DNA of 64,000 nt from Candidatus Ozemobacteraceae bacterium. GTDB taxonomy: Bacteria; Muiribacteriota; Ozemobacteria; Ozemobacterales; Ozemobacteraceae. The notes beneath the pieces are model-generated. The model saw nothing but the letters and a program-made list of their open reading frames with translations. It was not told where the DNA came from and made no database searches. This document shows, piece by piece, positions 38,527 through 47,827 of the stretch (position 1 is the stretch's first letter; each line of letters opens with the position of its first letter). The stretch lies in assembly GCA_965140445.1 (NCBI GenBank), contig OZ223236.1:3872001-3936000 (forward strand), in the 5' to 3' direction. The position numbers and the translations under genes were made by a program.

Positions 38527-38948
38527 TCCCACCCAAAACAAAAAATTACTGCGAAAATTAAACAAGAAAAGCAAGCTGGTCTAGATGCCTTAAAGCATGA
38601 ACCACGAGCTGTAGCTACACGTTACGACAAAAAAAACAAGCGAATCATTTTTGATCTTAGTTCTGGCGTTTCCTTTATGTTTCCTGTTAGCTTAGCAAAA
38701 GGGTTATAGAATGCTTCTGAAAAAGCAATTTTAAAAGTCAGCGTTCTTGCTGATGGTTTTGCAATATTCTGGGAAGAATTGGATTTAGCTCTTAGCGTTC
38801 CAGATCTTATATTAGGGGTTTTTGGCTCAAAAAAATTTATAGTGAAATAAGACGGAAAGGTGGTAGCAAATCCTCATCAGCCAAAGCCAATGCAGCAAGA
38901 ATCAATAGAATACTGGGCGGAAGGCCCAAAAAAGTTAATGTTGGTTAG
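38527..38948 (+). pseudogene. DUF2442-family (antitoxin-like) pseudogene
   Basis: EPRAVATRYD...FMFPVSLAKGL*NAS...FWEELDLALSVPDLILGVFGSKK, then in another frame RKGGSKSSSAKANAARIN..LGGRPKK*; in-frame TAG at 38707, frameshift near 38835, no start codon. Confidence 0.8.
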
Positions 38949-38978
38949 ATAAAAAATGTTGTGACTAACCGCATTTTA

Positions 38979-40541
38979 TTAAACATACGAAGTTGATTTT
39001 AGAATCTCCACCCATTTTTTAACTTCTTCAAGTTTTATAGGGAGTTGGTTAGCTTTGAAAGGAGCAATTTTCCAGGACCGGTGAATTGAACAAATATCTT
39101 TTTTCCCTTCTATCACAATGTAGATTCCAATTTCTCCGGTTTTGTTTGCCATTTCTCTTATTCCAAGCATAAAGATCCTTGCTTTTGATCCATTAATCTT
39201 TCCGGTAAAAATTTCATCATAAACCACTTTACCAGGAGCTTGTCGGCTATGATTTAGAATCATGTTTTTTACAAACATCTCTGCATTAATACCCTTTTCC
39301 ATTAATCCCTTAAAGCCCTGTATGGTAAGCAGATCTTTCCAGGAGTTAATATCCTGACCAAGTGGAACATATTCTACCAGATAATGTTGTCTGTTTTCTG
39401 CCTTATACGCTGGTAAAATTGGCCAGGTTTTTGGAAATTGATAAACAAGAGTTTGACTAAAAATTCTCATAACACTTTTAACCGAGTTACCAGGAAGTTC
39501 TTCTGCATTTTTTAACACAGACTTTTTAGCCTTTAATTGAACTTCTTTAAATGATTCCGATTCAGATTTAAGAATTTCAAAACTCTTAAAAACTTCGAAA
39601 GCCTCAGTTTTATATTTTTCATAGAATTCCACTGGCCCGGCAAATGTAACATTAAAACAACGATTTTTTCCAAGAACAAACATGAATGAGCATCTTGAAG
39701 GCATTCCTCCAATACTCTGGTTAATGGATAAAACAAAGTTGCCATTTACGTTTTGTTCATCACAAACACCGTCATTACTTACATTTTGAAAATGCCTAAT
39801 GAGCGCTTCCTTACCTTCACGCCAGGGAAAAATCATTGGGTTCATATGGCACAAAATTAAGGGGGATCGTGGAATATCGCGAATCATTAATACCTGTTTC
39901 TCGTTTAAGCGTTCAAATTGCCACAGTTTTGAGTTAAACTTTACACAGGCTTCTTTATCCCCGAAGTAAATCTTTTCATCTTTTTGGATTTTTTCATCTG
40001 GTAGCAGAACTGAAGCTTCAGAATGTGACGCATAAATGGATCTCAAATCTTTCAAAATTGCTGTTGCAACATCTAATTTCTGATTTTTATATGCACCAAT
40101 CAGCTCTTTGACTTTATGAGCAAAAATTTCCGGGCAACTCGTAATAGATAACTCAGAAAGTCCTTGAGCCAGATTCTGTGATTCAATCTTACTTCTTTCC
40201 GAAGAAGTAGCGAAAACCTGCAATTTAAATAAATTAAATGGGCCTGAGGCAATTATTTTTCTTTCTCTAACAACCTGACTTTGGCAAAAAAAACTTTCCA
40301 TAGATAACTTCTGCAACTTAGCAATATTTTTTCTTCTTTCATCGTCAGATTTAAAATTTTTCGCCTGAAGTAACCAGAAAATCTCCTTATCAAGTATTTT
40401 TTTGACTTCATAAGCGTCATTAACTTTGATTTTAAATTTCTCAATTTCATCATTAAACTGTTTGTATCCGTGGAATATTATTCCAGAGACACAAAATAAA
40501 AAAATGGCAAGCAACAGCTTTGTCTTCCGAGCATTCCCCAT
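38979..40541 (-). CDS. membrane-anchored hypothetical protein with PsbP-like domain(s)
   Basis: N-terminal TM; NVTFAGP..FYEKYK..AFEVFKSF; GGGAG RBS. Confidence 0.6.
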   Translation of the reverse strand: MGNARKTKLLLAIFLFCVSGIIFHGYKQFNDEIEKFKIKVNDAYEVKKILDKEIFWLLQAKNFKSDDERRKNIAKLQKLSMESFFCQSQVVRERKIIASGPFNLFKLQVFATSSERSKIESQNLAQGLSELSITSCPEIFAHKVKELIGAYKNQKLDVATAILKDLRSIYASHSEASVLLPDEKIQKDEKIYFGDKEACVKFNSKLWQFERLNEKQVLMIRDIPRSPLILCHMNPMIFPWREGKEALIRHFQNVSNDGVCDEQNVNGNFVLSINQSIGGMPSRCSFMFVLGKNRCFNVTFAGPVEFYEKYKTEAFEVFKSFEILKSESESFKEVQLKAKKSVLKNAEELPGNSVKSVMRIFSQTLVYQFPKTWPILPAYKAENRQHYLVEYVPLGQDINSWKDLLTIQGFKGLMEKGINAEMFVKNMILNHSRQAPGKVVYDEIFTGKINGSKARIFMLGIREMANKTGEIGIYIVIEGKKDICSIHRSWKIAPFKANQLPIKLEEVKKWVEILKSTSYV

Positions 40542-40697
40542 TGTCGTTCTCCCTATATCCTCTAATTTGGCCTATTTACAACAAAACCGACTACTCTACA
40601 AGGAAAGCTTTATTAGAGCAAGCAAAATAATTAACCAGCCACATTTGAGTGAAATGCTCCATCCCGAGGACAATAAGCTCCTTACTAAAATAGAGAA

Positions 40698-40737
40698 TGA
40701 GCGCAATATGAGTAGTTTAAAACTCATCCTGCGCTCA
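40698..40737 (-). terminator. hairpin downstream of the AraC gene
   Basis: TGAGCGCA..ATGAGT...ACTCAT..TGCGCTCA. Confidence 0.5.
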
Positions 40738-40777
40738 GAAATTAGAATCTGCTAAGAATTCGACCCAAACAAATCAA

Positions 40778-41677
40778 TTATTTTAATGGAATGCAGATAT
40801 CGAAAATCCACTTTCCTTCTGGATGCTCGCCAGCATGGTTGTGATAAATCTCCAGACAGGGTTTATCTCCACATTCATATCCGCTTTCGCACAGTCCGAC
40901 AAAAGCATCTTCCCACGCCTGCTGAAAGTTATCAGTCGCAATTTCAAAGTGAAAAACTGCGTAATTACCACCGCAAATAGTCTGAATGTTAATCTGCCCT
41001 TCAGGTAAAGTTTCTTCTGGAACAATTACACAAGTATCAAACCTGCACTTTTCGGGCGGCGTAACCTCAGGATTGTCCCAATAGATTGCCAACATTTTCC
41101 CTGGCCCTAATAGATTTCTTGGACCTGCCCATTGCAATAGTTCATTAAATGCGGGTTCACAAGTTTCCTTGCAATAGGGTCCAATTTTACGAATGTAAGC
41201 AACATTTTGCTCGGGCATCTCTCTTACTTCAAAGTTCATTACATTACTCCTTTTATGGTCATCTGGATTTCCAATATTAGAGTTATACAGAACCTGAAGA
41301 GATGTTTCGTTTCCACTATTGCTCAAAATGTTTCCAATCTTGCTTTTTCTATATTCTGAAGGGGTCATATCGAAATGCTGGCGGAAAGCTTTGGCAAAGT
41401 TTTGAGAGCTGGAAAAACCACAAGCAAATGCAATAGTCGTAATATCTTCTGTTTGCCTGGAAAGAAGGTGGTTCGCAGCTAATTCAAGGCGTAGTCGTCT
41501 GGTGAAGCCAGCAACAGTTTCTCCCACTACGGCTTTAAAAATCCTGTGAAAATGAAAAACTGAAAATGCTGCAACTTCTGCAATTTCTTCCAAGGTTAGA
41601 TCGCGCTCAATGTTCTTACTAATGAAATTCATGGCAAGACAAACACGCTTTTTGTAATCAATGGGCTTAGATGACAT
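40778..41677 (-). CDS. AraC family regulator with GyrI-like effector domain
   Basis: LEEIAEVAAFSVFHFHRIF, IAFACGFSSSQNFAKAFR, DNPEVTPPEKCRFD. Confidence 0.92.
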   Translation of the reverse strand: MSSKPIDYKKRVCLAMNFISKNIERDLTLEEIAEVAAFSVFHFHRIFKAVVGETVAGFTRRLRLELAANHLLSRQTEDITTIAFACGFSSSQNFAKAFRQHFDMTPSEYRKSKIGNILSNSGNETSLQVLYNSNIGNPDDHKRSNVMNFEVREMPEQNVAYIRKIGPYCKETCEPAFNELLQWAGPRNLLGPGKMLAIYWDNPEVTPPEKCRFDTCVIVPEETLPEGQINIQTICGGNYAVFHFEIATDNFQQAWEDAFVGLCESGYECGDKPCLEIYHNHAGEHPEGKWIFDICIPLK

Positions 41678-41836
41678 AAAACATCCTATTCTTTTTGATA
41701 TTACTCTTCTCTAATGTACTTATTTTCTAATCTAAAGTTAATTATATATATTAGGGTTTTATAAAAACTGGAAGACCACAATGTAGACAGTCCAATGCAA
41801 ATAAAAGGCAATTTACCTGGAGCTCATCCAACCCTC

Positions 41837-41885
41837 AAAAATAAAGCTCCGAAGGCAATAATTGCACCCAGAGCTTTTTATTTTT
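41837..41885 (-). terminator. intrinsic terminator
   Basis: AAAAATAAAGCTC...GAGCTTTTTATTTTT. Confidence 0.6.
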
Positions 41886-41896
41886 GATTAAAAAAA

Positions 41897-42712
41897 TTAT
41901 TCTACAACTATATCAAGCTTTGCCTCACCAAGATAGCGGTATTTTTTTTCCCCGACGGGATGAATTCGATAAAAAACAGTGTGACTACCCTTTTTCAAAG
42001 CTTCCGCTGGTATTTCTGTTTTATATGGTGATTCCATATTCGTAGCTGTTCTTATCCCAGCATGCTTGCCGTCAAACCTTGTTTCAATCCATGCCCCAGC
42101 TTTATTAGCCGCCTCAGCATCGAATTCAATTTTTATATCAAGACCATTGCCCTGTTTGATTGTGATCTGGTCTCCAGCTGGTGAAGCGATTCTAAAATCA
42201 ATTTTAGGAAATTTTTCAGAATAAACATCGTAAATACAATACTTTTCTGCTGATACAAAAAGGTCAAAGCGAATCAAATAGAAGAATTTTTCAAAGGAAA
42301 GTTTCAGTCTAACTTTCTTACAACTTAATTTGGAAGTTTCAAAACTTTGCTTTTTATCCACAACACCATCATTTTTTGCTTTGCCTAAATCAATTTTATC
42401 AGCCTCAAACGTCTCAAAAAGCTTATTAAAATCATTTACAGCCTTTTCGCGATCCTTTTTTACATCCATTTGAGAAAATTCAGACTTTATACTCGCTTCT
42501 TTGGGAGAATTTTCATCTAACCCAACTATAAAATTCTTTAAATCTTCTTCTGTAATACATTTTGCCGAAAAAGCGTCCAAGTTTTTTGTCTGAACAATTT
42601 CAAAAATCTCCTTCTCAATCAACTCATCAGCATAGAATTGTTCAGCCGAAGCAAAAGCTTTAATGGAAAATACTGCTAAAAATAGTGTAAGTAAAATTGT
42701 GGCTTTTTTCAT
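41897..42712 (-). CDS. secreted hypothetical protein with C-terminal Ig-like beta domain
   Basis: signal peptide (AFA); IASPAGD...LKKGSHTV. Confidence 0.6.
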   Translation of the reverse strand: MKKATILLTLFLAVFSIKAFASAEQFYADELIEKEIFEIVQTKNLDAFSAKCITEEDLKNFIVGLDENSPKEASIKSEFSQMDVKKDREKAVNDFNKLFETFEADKIDLGKAKNDGVVDKKQSFETSKLSCKKVRLKLSFEKFFYLIRFDLFVSAEKYCIYDVYSEKFPKIDFRIASPAGDQITIKQGNGLDIKIEFDAEAANKAGAWIETRFDGKHAGIRTATNMESPYKTEIPAEALKKGSHTVFYRIHPVGEKKYRYLGEAKLDIVVE

Positions 42713-42831
42713 TAAATGGAATTCCCCTTCAGTTTGTTTATAATCTATTTTAGAGACTTCTAAAATGTGCCACTAAAATACACTAAACGATGCTCAAAAG
42801 TAATCAATTTAATTTCATACCATCTTCTTAA

Positions 42832-43617
42832 TCAAACTTCTGTTGGAGTTCTTAACTTCCAGCCATCAATTTTAAAACCACCCAAAGCATTAAAAACATA
42901 ATCCTTCAGTTTGCATAGATTTTTAAAAGACCTGTCAAAGCATTCTTCTTCCATGCATGCAACAAACTGGCTTGCAAATTCAGAGTCGGGAAATTTATTT
43001 AATCCATATTTTTTATGGTATTCAGGATTAGAGAGAAAAGCATGTATCTTATGGGGGGCAGGTAAAACGATTTTAGAAAACTGGCAAAACGAATTTAAAA
43101 GGGATTCAAGATAACGATGATAAAGATAAAAATAGTCTTTTGTGCCCTCTTTATATGCACGCTCTACTTCTTCAAATGTATCCCACAAATGATACTTAAT
43201 GAGCTCTAAAGGCACTTCACCGAGATCCGCTAATAAGATTTTAAGATCTTTTTTAGCTCTGTCCTTAATTTTATCGACAATTCCTGTTTTATCAAAAATC
43301 ACTTTAGCATTTTTAAAAATTAGTGCGTCAGTTCTTCTTCCGATGGCGATTCCATCATCCATGTATTTATAAATTTGTTTTGGTGGATTAAGAAAATATT
43401 CAATCAGGAAGCCTTGAACAAAAACATTTCCCCGCTCACGCCAATTGATTGAATCTTTGGAAATAAGAAAAATATCAATATCTGATTTTTCATTTTGTAA
43501 TCCAGTAGCGTAACTGCCAGTAAGCACTGCGGCCTGAATATCATCAATTTGAGACAAGCTTTTGACAAATTCATTTACTGCACTTTCCCAGGCTTCCAAG
43601 CAATTCCTCCAACTCAA
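42832..43617 (-). CDS. pol-beta superfamily nucleotidyltransferase domain protein
   Basis: LTGSYATG...SDIDI, RERGN, IEYFLNP. Confidence 0.8.
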   Translation of the reverse strand: MSWRNCLEAWESAVNEFVKSLSQIDDIQAAVLTGSYATGLQNEKSDIDIFLISKDSINWRERGNVFVQGFLIEYFLNPPKQIYKYMDDGIAIGRRTDALIFKNAKVIFDKTGIVDKIKDRAKKDLKILLADLGEVPLELIKYHLWDTFEEVERAYKEGTKDYFYLYHRYLESLLNSFCQFSKIVLPAPHKIHAFLSNPEYHKKYGLNKFPDSEFASQFVACMEEECFDRSFKNLCKLKDYVFNALGGFKIDGWKLRTPTEV

Positions 43618-43684
43618 TTTTTTGAAAACTACTGACTTTGTTGCAAGGTTATGAAGTTAAATATCTCCAAAAATTTTTACTAGA

Positions 43685-44206
43685 TCAGCTTTTCAGGAAC
43701 TTTTTATAAATGCCCCAGACAATTTCTTTGCCATGAAGTTTTTTCTGGATATTCTCGATGTATTGAAAACCAGCTTTTTGCAGAACTTTACATGAACCGA
43801 CATTATCCGCAGCAACACTTCCGATAATAAAATCAAGATTAAATTCTCTAAGTCCCCAGTCTGTCATAGCTACAACTGCCTCGGTAGCGTAACCTTTCCC
43901 CTGCTCTTTGTCTTCGATTGCGTACCCTACCTCCACGTCATTGCCTAGAGGACTCAGACCAACGTGCCCAATTAGAGCCTGATTACTCCGCAAATAAACC
44001 GCCAAAACAACCGGTGATTCTTTCGGAGATTTTCCATACTGTTGCTTCAAAAAGGTCAAAACTTCCTTTGCCTCATTCTCGTCTTCGTAAACCTGATCTG
44101 GAATCCACGACTTCATGCCTTCTTCAATACTCATCTGATAAATCTTGGTGGAATCTTTTAACGAAAAAGGCTTTAAAAGTAATCTCTCGGTCACTATCAT
44201 GTGCAT
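43685..44206 (-). CDS. RimJ/RimL-family GNAT acetyltransferase
   Basis: TERLLLKP, EVGYAI...QGKGYATEA, N.GS.KVLQKAGF. Confidence 0.88.
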   Translation of the reverse strand: MHMIVTERLLLKPFSLKDSTKIYQMSIEEGMKSWIPDQVYEDENEAKEVLTFLKQQYGKSPKESPVVLAVYLRSNQALIGHVGLSPLGNDVEVGYAIEDKEQGKGYATEAVVAMTDWGLREFNLDFIIGSVAADNVGSCKVLQKAGFQYIENIQKKLHGKEIVWGIYKKFLKS

Positions 44207-44306
44207 GTAAAATCTCCAACAAATTGGTGGTTGGCAATTCGCCTTTTCAATTATACCAAGATGTTAAGATTGTTGGAACGGTATACAATGCCTTTGATAG
44301 AGATTT

Positions 44307-45455
44307 TTAGAGTCGAACGCCTGATTTTCGAAATAGCTTTAGATATTTTTCCATCATCAAATCCCAGCTTGCAGTTGATTCTATGCGCTTTCTGGCTAGA
44401 CTACCCATGTCTTTTAACTTTTTACGTGGTAACTCTAATGCTACTTTTAGGTTTGTTCTGAGAGAATCAATATTTCTATGTTCAAAGAAAAAGCCTTCTA
44501 TACCATGAGTATACATTTCCTTCATGCCCCCTGTTGAAGGCACTACCGGAACAACCCCAGAAGCCATTGCTTCCAGAACAACATAGGCATAGGTTTCATG
44601 AGAAGTGACTGCAAAAGCAAATAGATCCATAGCAGAGTAAATTGTTTCCACATCATTTCTGAAAGGAAGAATATGGAATCGTTTATCTGCGCCTAATTCA
44701 GAAGCTTTTCTGCGAAGGTGGTCTGCATAGCCCGGCTCAAATTCTCTTCCGATGTATACAAGGTTCACATCTTTTCGATTATGGGCAGGCCCATCTTTAT
44801 CAAACAGAGTTTTTAAAAGAATTTCAGATCCTTTTTCTGGATGAATTCGACCAGTGTTACCAATGATAAAAGCATTTTCATCTAATCCAAGCTCTTTTCG
44901 TAAAAAATTCCTACGCTCATTATCAGGTCTGTATTTATTGGTATCTATACCACTCTTGATGCAGTTCACCTTTTCTGTATCAATGGCCCAATACTGCAAA
45001 ATTTTGTTTTTTACGTGATCCGCGTTGGGAATAACCGCTGAAAGATGCTTGAATAGACGGCGGTGAAGAGGGTCATTACGATGATAATTTCCAGCACCAA
45101 TTCTATAAAAAAGAAAAAAAGGAGTTTTCTTTCCACTAATTAGTCTTGAGCCATGAATGGGATACATCAACTGAGTTCTAAAAGCCACTATTGCTCTTGG
45201 ATCAAGTTTTTGAACCATATTGTAGCAAGCGGTTAACCCCCAGGGCTCGTATTTTTTGGTCACAGGAAAAGACCATTGAGGAATACCTCGATCGAAGCAC
45301 TGAGATGACAATAAAGTCCCATCTGGAGCGGCAACCGCGGCTGGTATTCCTCGATCAAGAAGATCTCTGGCAAATCTCAAGCCAAAAAGCTCAAGTCCAG
45401 AACAACTTTCGTAAGGCAAAAGCATTACAACAGGATTTTTTCCAAATTTATTCAT
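44307..45455 (-). CDS. glycosyltransferase family 4
   Basis: GIDTNKY, GRIHPEKG, HETYAYVVLEAMASGVVPV; probable start ATG 45455. Confidence 0.88.
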   Translation of the reverse strand: MNKFGKNPVVMLLPYESCSGLELFGLRFARDLLDRGIPAAVAAPDGTLLSSQCFDRGIPQWSFPVTKKYEPWGLTACYNMVQKLDPRAIVAFRTQLMYPIHGSRLISGKKTPFFLFYRIGAGNYHRNDPLHRRLFKHLSAVIPNADHVKNKILQYWAIDTEKVNCIKSGIDTNKYRPDNERRNFLRKELGLDENAFIIGNTGRIHPEKGSEILLKTLFDKDGPAHNRKDVNLVYIGREFEPGYADHLRRKASELGADKRFHILPFRNDVETIYSAMDLFAFAVTSHETYAYVVLEAMASGVVPVVPSTGGMKEMYTHGIEGFFFEHRNIDSLRTNLKVALELPRKKLKDMGSLARKRIESTASWDLMMEKYLKLFRKSGVRL

Positions 45456-45771
45456 TTCCACACCTGATGTTTTTTTCGATACTAGCATACTTGACCTAAA
45501 AAAATAAATTGGTTTTAGCACTCAAGAACCTATGAAAAGCCTTCTCAAAAAACCGAGTATGCGCGCCAGGCCCTGCCAGTTTTTGGGCAGCAACGAAAAT
45601 TAATGATTATACAACATCTATAAAGATAAATTGATAAAAATTGCTCGCCTTCTCTATTGGATTCCAAAAAAGGTTAAATTTCGCCTAAACCGCCTTTGTT
45701 TTGTTATAAAAGCGGGTCTAATATCCTCAATGCAAAGTTTATTTTGCTTCATTTAATATGGGAGGTAGAAG

Positions 45772-46383
45772 ATGCTTCATCCTTCAACCGAACTAAGATT
45801 GATTAATAATGAAGTTGGCTACGGCGTAGTAGCCACAGAATTTATTCCCAAAGGAACTATAACCTGGGTTCTTGACAAACTCGACCGAGAATTTTCACAA
45901 ATAGAGATCGAAAACATGGACCCTGAATACAAAGACATTTTAGGAAAATACTGTTTTCGAAACAATACAGGTAAATATATTCTTTGCTGGGATAACGGTC
46001 GTTTTGTAAACCACAGCTTTAACTCAAACTGCCTCACAACCGCTTATGATTTTGAAATTGCCATTCGAGATATCCAGCCCGGCGAAGAACTAACTGACGA
46101 TTACGGTTACTTGAATATTGAAGAACCATTTAGAGGTATTAACGAGGGAACCAGAAGAAAGGTTGTTTATCCAGACGACCTTCTCAAGTATCACAAGGTC
46201 TGGGACAAAAAATTACAGAAATCCATCAAAAACTTGAATAAGGTAGATCAACCCTTAAAGCACCTTCTCAAAAAAGATTTGTGGGAAAAAATGATAAAAA
46301 TTTGTGTTGGCAAAGAAGAAATGGCTTCAGTTATCAATTGTTATTATAAGCGTGATCAACAGCAGGAAAGCGCAAGAGCTTAA
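45772..46383 (+). CDS. SET domain protein (putative lysine methyltransferase)
   Basis: GYGVVATEFIPKG, RFVNHS, AIRDIQPGEELTDDY; GGGAGGT RBS. Confidence 0.9.
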   Translation: MLHPSTELRLINNEVGYGVVATEFIPKGTITWVLDKLDREFSQIEIENMDPEYKDILGKYCFRNNTGKYILCWDNGRFVNHSFNSNCLTTAYDFEIAIRDIQPGEELTDDYGYLNIEEPFRGINEGTRRKVVYPDDLLKYHKVWDKKLQKSIKNLNKVDQPLKHLLKKDLWEKMIKICVGKEEMASVINCYYKRDQQQESARA

Positions 46384-46403
46384 ATTTTAGCAAACTTCTA
46401 AAT

Positions 46404-46446
46404 AAAAAAATGCTGCCATCTCAAAATGAGAGGCAGCATTTTTTTT
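46404..46446. terminator. bidirectional intrinsic terminator
   Basis: AAAAAAATGCTGCC...GGCAGCATTTTTTTT. Confidence 0.85.
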
Positions 46447-46449
46447 AAA

Positions 46450-47181
46450 TTAGCTTACTTTAGCTTTACTTAAAGCGGCCATGGTTTCAAGACCAATTTT
46501 CAGCATTCTTTCTTTGCCCTTAGTAACCATCTCTCCATGTGGATCATAGTTGCCTTCGTCCCATTTGAGCGGATTGCCATCTACAGTAGCAATAGCCCCA
46601 GCCTTCACGCCTCTGAGTGAAGCGATAACGAAAAGAGCTGAAACTTCCATTTCAACGCCAGGAACTCCAGCTTTGCTGTAAAGCTCAAGAGAAGTCTTTA
46701 AAACAGCTGGATAAAAAACATCGCTGGTAAGCATTATCCCACGTTTATAAGGTGCGGATAGCTCTTTACAAGCCTTTTCAATTTCCAGACACACTTCGGC
46801 GTCAGATATTGCAGGGTATCCCAATGGAATCAAGAGTGGGGTAACGCCATCTTCTCTGATAGCACCTGTTGCAATAATATGTTCGCCCTGCTGTAAGCCA
46901 TCAATGAGGCTTCCACAAGTACCAACTCTAACAATTACTTTAGCTCCAATCTTAATCAGTTCTTCAAAACAAATTGAAGCACCTGCGGAACCAACGCCAT
47001 GAGAAGTGATAGTTATCTTCTCACCTTTATAGATACCCATAAAAGTCCTATACTCACGGTTATACGCCAATTCTTCATATGACTCACAAAGTTTAGCAAT
47101 TTTCTCAGCCCTCGCTGGATCACCGCATACGATCACGTAAGGTGAAATCTGTCCTTCTTCTAACTTTAAATGTGGCTGCAT
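46450..47181 (-). CDS. nucleoside phosphorylase (PNP/UDP family 1)
   Basis: GDPARA, NREY, SHGVGSAGA, RVGTCGS, TSDVFY, VEMEVS. Confidence 0.88.
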   Translation of the reverse strand: MQPHLKLEEGQISPYVIVCGDPARAEKIAKLCESYEELAYNREYRTFMGIYKGEKITITSHGVGSAGASICFEELIKIGAKVIVRVGTCGSLIDGLQQGEHIIATGAIREDGVTPLLIPLGYPAISDAEVCLEIEKACKELSAPYKRGIMLTSDVFYPAVLKTSLELYSKAGVPGVEMEVSALFVIASLRGVKAGAIATVDGNPLKWDEGNYDPHGEMVTKGKERMLKIGLETMAALSKAKVS

Positions 47182-47349
47182 AATCCACTCCTTATCCTTG
47201 TTTAATTTTCGTTGCTAATATACCCAAATCTTTGCCAACTGGTCAATAATTTGTCACATTTACCCAAAAAATGTGTCGCTATTACGCAGCAATTTCATAA
47301 AAATGAGCTAATTTGCTGCAAAATAGCAAAATCATGTCAATTTTCAACA

Positions 47350-47365
47350 TGGCACGGTTAATGCA
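47350..47365 (+). promoter_or_regulatory. sigma54 (-24/-12) promoter
   Basis: TGGCACGGTTAATGCA, GG-N10-GC; inverted repeats upstream (47255-47275, 47286-47319). Confidence 0.65.
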
Positions 47366-47406
47366 TTGAAAGTGATGTCTCAAAACTTTGAAAAAGGAGG
47401 AGTCTT

Positions 47407-47547
47407 ATGATGGATTCATGTATCCTTGTGTTCTTCCAGAAGTGGTTGACTGAAACCAAGCTGGAAATGAGCCACAACAAGATTTCACGTAACAATAAGC
47501 ATGAGGGCGACCCCCATTTCGGCCACCCTCCGGACGTTTTGCGCTGA
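47407..47547 (+). CDS. 46-aa small protein, below the ORF-track cutoff
   Basis: AAAGGAGG RBS 6 nt before ATG; MMDSCILVFFQKWLTETKLEMSHNKISRNNKHEGDPHFGHPPDVLR*. Confidence 0.55.
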   Translation: MMDSCILVFFQKWLTETKLEMSHNKISRNNKHEGDPHFGHPPDVLR

Positions 47548-47589
47548 AGCAAAGAAAAAAGAATGAAATTGAATAAAAGAGGCGAATTA

Positions 47590-47622
47590 CGGGCCAGGGG
47601 GGACCTTTTCCTCCCTGACCCG
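47590..47622 (+). other. GC-rich hairpin without U tract
   Basis: CGGGCCAGGGGGGA...TCCTCCCTGACCCG. Confidence 0.5.
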
Positions 47623-47755
47623 GTTAAACAAAACGAACGACTCATGTTTGTTTCATTTTTAAATCAATTAACTGGAAACAAGCCAGTTTTTAGTGTTCCA
47701 CAGCATCGGTCTTACAAAGGATTAAAAATAGAGAGCACTCAGCTTTCCAATAAAG

Positions 47756-47785
47756 TTGACATGGGCTTCTTTTAATGTTTATGAT
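47756..47785 (+). promoter_or_regulatory. sigma70-type promoter of the DUF1015 gene
   Basis: TTGACA-N18-TATGAT. Confidence 0.55.
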
Positions 47786-47827
47786 TGCCGGCAACAGATA
47801 ATTTCCCGCAGACAAGGAGAAGGAATT

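Noticed and set aside
38826..38850. Programmed -1 frameshift at A AAA AAA in DUF2442
   Set aside because: An upstream in-frame TAG and the missing start make decay the simpler explanation
40426..40755. 109-aa plus-strand ORF
   Set aside because: Antisense overlap with 38979-40541, spans a terminator-like hairpin, no SD or motif
47358..47775. ORFs 47358-47645(-) and 47563-47775(+); CrcZ/CsrB-like sRNA call
   Set aside because: The ORFs lack an SD and run through promoter or hairpin elements; the few AANAANAA/GGA motifs are not beyond chance in AT-rich DNA
47756..47827. ORF-track TTG start for DUF1015
   Set aside because: The TTG is the -35 box (TTGACA); ATG 47828 has a strong SD and the family-typical start
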